From the human T2T-CHM13v2.0 reference genome, Homo sapiens, in NCBI RefSeq assembly GCF_009914755.1, contig NC_060928.1: DNA of 64,000 bases. One strand, given 5' to 3'. The notes beneath the pieces are model-generated. The model was not told where the DNA came from. It worked only from the letters and a program-made list of their open reading frames with translations, and ran no database searches. Below are positions 55,046 through 64,000 of this stretch, in pieces. Made by a program: the position numbers and the translations under genes. The first letter of the stretch is position 1. The number at the start of each line of letters is the position of its first letter.

Positions 55046-58000
55046 GTAAAGATAATTTTGTTGATTCGGTTTTGTTAGCTTTGAATTTTTAGTAGGAATG
55101 ACTCTACCGTCTTCCTGCAGAGTGTCTGACTTAGAAAGAAAGATGGGAAGTGGGTGGGGTAAAGCAGATAGCAATTAGGAACTCTTGTACTTGTTGATTT
55201 ATCGATACCATCACAAGTACGTGAGTTTCATCATTATTATAGATACAGAGGGATACTAAGGAGACTTTGAAAATAGGGTTGGTTAAATTAAAGCCTTGAT
55301 TATGCAACACGTAAGAAGGTATTGGTCATTCATTAAGAGAATGTTTATAAAAGTTTAACAAAAACCACAGGCAAGAGGAAAAAAAATAGACACAGTTTCT
55401 GTCCCCACACACATTACATTCTATTTCAAAAGATAGAATATGTATAAGTAATAAAAATTGTGCAAAAGCTATTATCTCATGCCAAGATAGCATCAGTGGA
55501 GATAATAGAAAGTATCCTGGACGCACTGATAATGAAGCTGACAGCTGAACAATGTGCAGAAATTGGTGAAATAATGAGGAGGGCAGAAAACACAAAAAGA
55601 AAAAAAGGTAAAGTGTTCAGGAAAGTTCTCAAGACTCCAAGTTTAGTTTGCAGGGACAGGCTGAGTGAGAATCAGATGATGCTGAGAGACAAGTTAGAGC
55701 CTGATACTTATTAGGAGTTAAAATATTTATTAAGCACCTTTGGGGACTACTAAAAAGAGTTAGGAAATGAAGATATATGATAAGGTTATTTAAAAAAAAA
55801 GAAACAAAGAAAGAGCAGACCATTTGGGAAATTTTGCATGGAATCTGGTAGCAGATGATGGAAAAGTGGATTAGAATGTTGGACTAGAAGTAATTATGCC
55901 TACATTTGCAGTAATAGTACCCACTTCATATTGTGTTTTGTGGAAAAAATGTTAATACACACAAAACACTTAAAATCTCTCTGTTATATAGTCAGTGATT
56001 CAGAAATATTAATTTTGCAATTATGGTTATTTTGTTATGATTACTAACACTATTAATTACTTAACATGTGCAAGTCACTTGAGATACCATTCTTCATTTA
56101 ATAGAACCAGATTGTTCAGCACATCAAGATTATGTTCTCTTGAAAAGTCGTGGAGGACAGATATATTGTGGACTTGAATAAAAGTAGGCATACTAGTTTT
56201 GCTAGTAAGATGCGTAAGTTGACATTCTAAAATTCTACTGTAAGTTATGAGGATTTTAAGTATTCTATCTTAAAAAGAAAATAGTTACTCAACAATATAA
56301 ATGTGTATCCTTAATAATATTTGCAGCCAAACCCAGTGTTCACTTGATTTCACTCAAGGATGTAACTCATTCTACACTGAGATATCTGACGTTTACATCT
56401 TAGAACAGAAACATGCCCTATTAGAGCAGGTGTTTTCAGCCTTATGACAAGCAACTTAGTACAGCATCCTGGTTGAACTTGTGTCTAGACGCCAAAGCTC
56501 CCTACAGAGAAGCATGGAGAAAATGAATGATGCACGTATTATAAAGGCCAAATAATTTCTATCACTTGTATCTGAATAGTAGTAAACTTAGTTTACCATA
56601 ATTAAAGAATTCTGTCTACTTAGAAGATGATGTTCTTTGTAAAGGAACACAAGAACCTCATGCATTTTAAATTAGTATCATACTTTTAAGACATAGGTAG
56701 AAAGTAAGCATTCTTTAATACATTATTAAGTAATCTCTTAAGATTTTTGTCTACATAAAACTGAGAATTTATTCCATGGGTAAAATACAATATCTATGTT
56801 GAATGCGAATTGTATGTGCTTTATGACTTTCTAAAGAGACAAAAGCTGAGGTAAGACTAATAAAAATTCTATGGCACCCTACCCTACTATTGAAAGATTT
56901 CCCTATTCATATTAAGGGAAAGTGATAGTGCCACTAGGAGGGGGAAGAGAATAGGAGGTGTAGAAGGATAAGAAAAAGGATGACTAGTAGTATAATAGTG
57001 ATAATTACTAATAGTAGCTGTTGTTATTAACTTGCAGAAAGATTTGAATGCAAGTCAATGGTTGTAAAATTGGTTCTCTAATTGTTTATTATGTAGAATA
57101 ATTGTTAACCCAAGTTGTTTTCTTTTAAATTAAATATTAGATTCTCATAATATATGTCTATATTTTAAGAGAAAAAGACATTTGGCAAAATATTTCTAGT
57201 GATTTAAAAATGCACATAATCATTGGTTTAATAATATAGTTTCATGTAATCATACTGAGAAAAAAATGAATTAAGATGTGCACATTTAATATTTATGGAA
57301 AATATTCATAAAATTCACATTGGAAATAATCCAACATCTTAAATGAAGGAATGACTAAAAACTTATACTATATGCATACTATAGCCTTACAATAATTTTA
57401 TCAATCAAATATTCAATTACACTGTGAGCCATAATGCGAGTAAAGTGTAGTAGAAAATGATAAATATAACAAGATGACAAATTTTTTGTAAGAGGAAAAT
57501 GTATATACAATAAGGTTAAAACTTTCTAAATAAATGTCATGAGTGTACATGTGTAAATAGAATAAAAGCCATGATGAGAATATACATATTTTACATTGGT
57601 AATATCTCTAGATAGAAATTTTAGAAATATTTCCTTTTCTTTATGAAACTTTTCATACTTTTGTTAAATTACTTACAGTGATTTTGTATTATTTTTATGA
57701 AGTTGTCACAGAGTCTGAAACAACCAGTCCACATCAGTGATGAATCAGTAAACAGAAGTTAGATTACTTCAACACTGGGTGGATGAAGAAGGCTCTGGGC
57801 ATCAAGCCAGTGAGAGTAAACCCTGAACACGAGTTACAGTAAATGTGGCAACAGGTAACTGCAATCACACAAAATGTCTAGATGCCCCATGTATTATCTG
57901 GAATAGTAGTACAATGACTCTCACATTAACATTGATGTCTTAAGATTAAAAATCATATTTGAAAAAAAATACAGCAATATATGGTCTTCACAGTCAATAT

Positions 58001-58688
58001 TTGGATTTTTTTCTTTGTTTTATAAACAGCAGTTCAAAAAAGTTTTACCCTAATGATTAAAACTGAAAGTTTTTAAATTTAAATATTGGCATAGATTGGA
58101 GAAAGCAAATCAGAGTAAATATCAATCAATTTTAGCCAAGTACATCTTCACCAAGAAGTGTAGTGTGAGTGAGCTACTCATGAGGGTGACCAGATCTCCC
58201 CTGTGGAAAGCGCTGGTGGCCTCTCCCATTATGGTGCAAGTGCTGCTGCCTCTGAGACACAACAAAGTGACAATGAGAGTTCCTCACAGGCAGTTATAAA
58301 TAGAACATCAATTTAACAGTGTGATTTCAGGGAAAAGTTATTCCACCTAAAGAATCACCTGAAAAATATGATCATTCAACTATCTAACTATATACTGTAC
58401 AATTCAGTATTATAAATGAGACTCTCAGTACTAATTCATAGAAATTCCAAACCACAACCAGACTCCAGAATGTCAGTGATTCTTAACCACCACTTTTTAC
58501 TGTTACTTTTTTTCTTTTTTGAAAAAAAACTGGGAAACTCTGACAAAATTTTAGTGAAGTGCAAAGGATTACAGAGGAAGATAAATGTAGACAAAAAATC
58601 ACCCCAACTGTGAGTAACGTTTCCTCAGTGTTTATAGTTAGGGAAGAAAACCATTGATAGCTTCAAACTAAAACAATTCTATAGAAAA

Positions 58689-59681
58689 TGTTGCAGGAAG
58701 TGAGGGACCCCGAACAGAGGGTCCAGCTGAAGCCATGGCAGAAGAACATAAATTGTGAAGATTTCATGCACATTTATCACTTCCCCAATCAATACTCTTA
58801 TAATTTCCTATACCTGGCTTTAATCTCTTAATACCAGTATCTTCATAAGCTGAGGATGTATGTCGCCTCAGGACCCTGTGATGATTGCATTAACTGCACA
58901 AATTGTTTGTAAAGCATGTGTGTTAGAAAAATATGAAATCTGGGCACCTTGAAAAAAGAACAGGATAACAGCAATGTTCAGGGAACAAGGGAGATAAACA
59001 TTAGGTCTGACTGCCTGGGAGCCAGGCAGGACAGAGCATGTTTCCCTTATTACCAAAAACGGGTAAGAGAAATATCACTGAATTCTTTCCCTAGTAAGGA
59101 ATATAATTAACAGCACTGGGAAAAGAATGCATTGGGGGGGGCGGGGCTAAAATGTCTGCTCTGGGAGTGTCTGTCTTATATGGTTGTAGATAAGGGATGA
59201 AATAAGCCCTGGTCTCCTGTAGTGCCCCCAGGCTTATTAGGATTAGGAAATTCCTGCCTAGTAAATTTTAGTCAGACTGGTTGTCTGCTCTCAAACCCTG
59301 TCTCCTGATAATGTGTCATCAATGACAATGTGTGCCCAGTGGGACATGAAACTTCATCAGGAATTCTATTTTCACCCTGGCCTTGTGACCTTGCCCTGCC
59401 CATTTGTCTTGTGATATTTTATTGCCTTTGAAGCGTGTGATCTCTGTGACCCACACCCTATTCATACACTCCTTCCCCTTTGAAAATCACTAATAAAAAC
59501 TTGCTGGTTTTGTGGCTCAGGGAGCATCACGGAACCTGCCAACATATGATGTCTCCCCCGGACACCCAGCTTTAAAATTTCTCTCTTTTGTACTCTTTCC
59601 CTTTATTTCTCAGACTGGCTGATACTTAGGGAAAATAGAAAAGAACCTACATTGAAATATTGGGGGCTGTTTCCCCCAATA
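58689..59681 (+). mobile_element. MER11 solo LTR in intron 2
   Basis: tgttgcaggaagtgagggaccccgaac...ttcccccaata, with a perfect 6-bp TSD AGAAAA (58683-58688 and 59682-59687). Confidence 0.93.
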
Positions 59682-60111
59682 AGAAAACCTGCCTGAAATA
59701 AAGATATGTGATTTAGTAGAATGACAATATAGAATTAAAGCCAAGTAGTGCCACTTTCCAAGAACCTATATTAGTAACTGTAAAATTATAAGTGAAGAGT
59801 CTGGGTATAGTGTTTTCTAACATTATCTCCCTGACTACTATGTAATAGCTCCATTTCATTTCTCTCTTACACACACACACAAACATGCACACACACATAT
59901 TTACATAAACACACTTAGTAGAGGCTACCTATCTCATATTATACATCTTCTTGATAAGAAACTGAATGATTGGGTCAGTTAAAAGACATAATTTCCTCCA
60001 ATAATTCCTGATAATACTTGATTTTCTCTCTTTAGTAATTTGTACCAATTCTTTCAGTAGTGCCTGCTGTGCTGTTACTCTTTTGTGATGGAACAAATTC
60101 TTTTTTCACAG

Positions 60112-60242
60112 GAAATGGAAGAATTTATCCAGAGCTCTGGAGAAAATGGTGTTGTGGTGTTTTCTCTGGGGTCAATGATCAGCAACATGTCTGAAGAAAG
60201 GGCCAATGTAATTGCATCAGCCCTTGCCAAGATCCACAGAAG
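60112..60242 (+). pseudogene. UGT2B4-like exon 3 (-1 nt, donor lost)
   Basis: CACAG|GAAATGGAA; [41 protein letters not shown]; 131 nt; donor reads GATAGA. Confidence 0.93.
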
Positions 60243-61939
60243 GATAGATAAAGTTCCTTACGGTATGGAAAACTACCAAAAGAGGCTGTTAAAGTCTATA
60301 AATAATCCAATTATAGAAATTTCCTTCCTGGAAATGTAGCTCTTGGGAAAGCACTAATTATCAGATATTAGTTCAAAATGAGAAATGTACATGAAAGATG
60401 CTAAAGTAATACAAAGGGTATAATCATGGATAATAAATTTGGTACTAATATTGTGAACAGGAAGAAATATATTAAGAGGCGTAGGTAAAGTTTTGATATT
60501 ATCATGATATTGAGGTCACATAAGAGATATCACCAAATTATTTCCCTGTCATCTGATCCTTATGTTTAAGGATTCCTGAGGAAATTATACACACTATAGA
60601 TGTTATCAGAAGAAGTTACATTTTAATGGGTGACTTCACTAGCACAATAACAATAGCAGGTATTTCAAAATGTCTAACATGCATCATGCAGTTTAGGCTT
60701 GCCATGTAATCCGGCCTCATGTAGTTCCTCCACATTTTGGAATAGGCCCATCTGAGTGATGTTCAGGGTACTATTCAGAGAAAGAATGGCCTAGGCTGAC
60801 AGACTTAGTCCAAGTTCTCACCTAGCCAGGTAGATTTAGAAAAAGAGAAAAAGCAGCCTCCCTTGCTGGACTGGGCCCAGCCAATGTCTAAAACAGGAAG
60901 ATGAAAGAAAAAGGATGGAAATGGATCCTGACCTGAAGGTGGATCCTGTGCTGTATAAAATGTGGCCCCACAAGGACTCAGCACTAACTATCAGATTAAC
61001 AATTCTTCCCAATGGAGGCAGCAGAAAAAAATATAGGAAGGAGTCAAACAGAAGGAAGCCAGGTGGGGAATAGGTTCAGATGCTCCCTCTATAATACATA
61101 GTAGGAACATATTTTCTTCTGTATAGAATAAAACGGTGACTTTTGTGTATTTGTCAATTACTTTTTAGCTCCCTATCTGATATAGTCTTCTTGCAATGAC
61201 CTCCACTAAAGTTTTTTGCTGAAAAACCAGTTATTTTAATACTGATATAACAAGTAAAACACTGTAAATTATTTATCAGTTTATGAGGATTGCTTGGGAG
61301 TTCCAAAATTAGTAACTTAAACATAAGAATGTCTTGGCTATAGTAGAACATATTAATCACTGTTGTCAAAGCTTTGTAGCACATTGTCTAAGTGTTAACA
61401 ATCTGTTGACCAAATTCAGAAAAATATGATTTTGAATTTGTTCAACAGCTATATCTTTATTTATGATACCGGCAGGTTCCTCATTTCAATGCTGAAAAAA
61501 AACAACAAAAATTAGCAATACTGATAATACTCTGAATTTGTCTCAGAAATTGTCCCTTGAAATTTCTCCTGGAAGTAGTGCTTGATAATTCATAATTTCA
61601 AAGAAGTTATACATGCTACCTTTATAGCATTATTTCTTACAATTAGCTTATTTTATCAACTTGCTTTTTTGTCAATCAAAGAACACCAAACCCTAACATA
61701 ATAACTTATAGACAAGCAGAAATACATGAATTACTTCCTATATTACCAAAAATGAATAAATTAATATTTAATTTGGAAGATGAAAACTAGTATAAAATAC
61801 ATAAAATAAAATAAGCATATAGGTCATTACTAAATTGTTACTGCTTATTCTCACTAGAATTATAATGACTATTTAAATATTTTTCATACATACAATTTTT
61901 TAGAATTTTTGTGTGCTTAAAATTAAATTTATTTTATTT

Positions 61940-62730
61940 TTTAAATTTTATTTTAAGTTCAGGGGTACAGGTGCAGGTTTGTTACATAGATAAATTTGTA
62001 TTATGGGAGTTTGTTTTACACATTGTTTAATCGCCCAGTCATTAAGACCTGTACCCATTAGTTATTTTACCTGATCTTCTCTCTTCTCCTGCCCTCCACC
62101 CTCCAATACACCCCAGTATGTTGTTCCATGCTATGTTTCCATGTGTTCTCATCTTTTAGCTTCCACTTAACAGTGAGAACATGTGGTTCTGTTTCTATGC
62201 TAGTTTGCTAAGGATAACAGCCTCCAGCTCCATCTATGTCCTGTAAAATACACATCTTGCTTTTTTATGGCTGCATAATATTCCATGGTGTATATATATC
62301 CCATTCCATTTTCTTTATTCAGTCAATCATTGATGGGCATTAAGGTTGATTCCATATCTTTACTATTGTGAATACTACTGCTATTAATAAACGTGTATGT
62401 GCCTTTATAAGAGAATCATTCATCATCCTTTGCGTATATACCCACTAATGAGATTGGTGAGTTGAATTGTATTTTAGCCTCTAGGTTTTTGAGGAAGTGC
62501 CACACTGTCTTCCACAATGGTTGAACCAACATAAACTCCCACTAACAGAGTATAAGCATTCCTTTTTCTACACAATCTTGCTAGCATCTATTACTTTTTA
62601 AGTTTATAATAGCCATTATGACCGGTGCAAGATAGTATCTATTGTGATTTTGATTTGCATTTCTCTAATGAGCAGTGATGGTAAGCTTTTTGCATATGAT
62701 GGTTGGCCACACATAGGTCTTCTTTTGTAA
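61940..62730 (-). mobile_element. 5'-truncated older L1PA in intron 3 (counterpart of 35035-35845)
   Basis: ttttaagttcaggggtacaggtgcaggtttgttacatag...catgtgttctcatc...ggttggccacacataggtcttctttt. Confidence 0.9.
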
Positions 62731-62993
62731 AGCATACCAATTTTTTAAATACTTGAACTTTTCATTTATAATCTCATTTTTCTAAGCTATTACTTGGAAA
62801 ATCCTGACTTCCTTATATGCTTAACTAATTATAGAAGTTAAGAAAATGAAATGTTGGCATTCTATTTACATCAGTCTTTGAGTAGTTTTGTTACCTAACA
62901 TCCCCGATCTCATTCTTAATCTCTTTAGAGTCCTAACATTCTCTAACTTTGGAGTTCTACTAACGGAATAAGGTATTTTTTTTACTGTAGCAG

Positions 62994-63081
62994 GTTCTGT
63001 GGAGATTTGATGGGAATAGACCACATGGCTTGGGACTCAATACTCGAGTGTACAAGTGGATACCCCAGAATGACCTTCTTG
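62994..63081 (+). pseudogene. UGT2B4-like exon 4 (open)
   Basis: GCAG|GTTCTGTGG ... CTTCTTG|GTATGA; [29 protein letters not shown]; 88 nt. Confidence 0.94.
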
Positions 63082-63936
63082 GTATGACTCTGGAGTAGAA
63101 ATACTGAATATATTAGTACCAGCCCATTAGAGTGTGAATAATTAATCATGAAATAAGCTTATTCAAAATGTGTTATGGAAAAACTTATAAATAAAATGAA
63201 ACTTCTTTGTATTTATTTTCCAGTCCTTCGGGGAACATAATAAGCTATAATTGCTGGCATTTTATGATATACATTCACAGTCTTTATGGTCAGAATCAGG
63301 GTATTTTTATTTCAAGTGTTATTATTTCTTGCAGAATTTTTTATTAACGTCATAGATTGTCTCTTTGTCTCCTATTTCTATAACTTTACACTTGTTCTTT
63401 CTTTTTATGCAGGGTTATTTCAAATGTCACTAATAAAACAGCTCTTCTGCTATCACCAGGAAGTCTGAATTTTCTGTAGGATTAAATTCCTAATCTCAAT
63501 CATAAAGTGATGACTCATTTCGTGACGAAGTGTGACCTGTCCTTCCTCAATCATAGCACCACCACCACCCCACTGCCTGCTGCCTTGCACATCTCACATA
63601 TCACATTCCGTGACTGCACTTAGGAGAACACATTCTTACATGTCCTTCTCTTTTCTTTGATTCTTTTTCTTTTTTTTTCGCATTTAATTTAGATCACATT
63701 GTTTCTTTAGTCCAACTGGTAATCTTGTTTAATTTTTTTTCAGTCTGAAGTCACACAAAACATATAGCTTTCACTTATATCTCCAGCAGAAGTATGTGCT
63801 CCTTCCTCTGAAGTCTGAAACACAATTTTAATTTAGTTCAATGTTTTAGCTAGAAAACACTGTCACTTGCGTGTTTCGTTGTGCATTTCTCATTTTATTC
63901 CTATGAGTAATATTGCTAAAATTTATCCAATCCTAG

Positions 63937-64000
63937 TTCATCCAAAAACCAGGGCTTTTATAACTCATGGTGGATCCAATGGCATCTACAAGGCAATCTA
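63937..64000 (+). pseudogene. UGT2B4-like exon 5 (start; cut by the window edge)
   Basis: CCTAG|TTCATCCAAAAACC; [20 protein letters not shown]. Confidence 0.92.

Overview
This is AT-rich, repeat-dense primate (probably human) genomic DNA from the UDP-glucuronosyltransferase 2B (UGT2B) gene cluster. I see no intact protein-coding gene. (1) A complete six-exon UGT2B10-like pseudogene lies on the minus strand (29623-45137, tentatively UGT2B27P). Its only disabling lesion is a 20-nt deletion in exon 1; all splice sites and the promoter are intact. (2) A heavily decayed UGT2B4-like pseudogene lies head-to-head on the plus strand (52598 to the window end, tentatively UGT2B26P). (3) Older UGT2 relics include exons 4-6 plus an extra half exon 5 at 9.7-13.2 kb, and an orphan exon 1 at 46.4-47.2 kb. 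(4) A 5'-truncated SPOPL processed pseudogene abuts half of a MER75 piggyBac element. (5) Many Alu, L1, MER11/ERV LTR, MIR and MLT1 copies are present. I found no prokaryote-type novel system. The best leads are the single-lesion pseudogene (with Pro at the catalytic His position and a 414-codon downstream spliced ORF), the orphan exon-1 cassette, a chimeric exon-5 junction, and transposon presence/absence markers that order the duplications. Family, subfamily and gene-symbol calls come from recalled sequences, not from database searches. Repeat boundaries are approximate unless a target-site duplication (TSD) is given.
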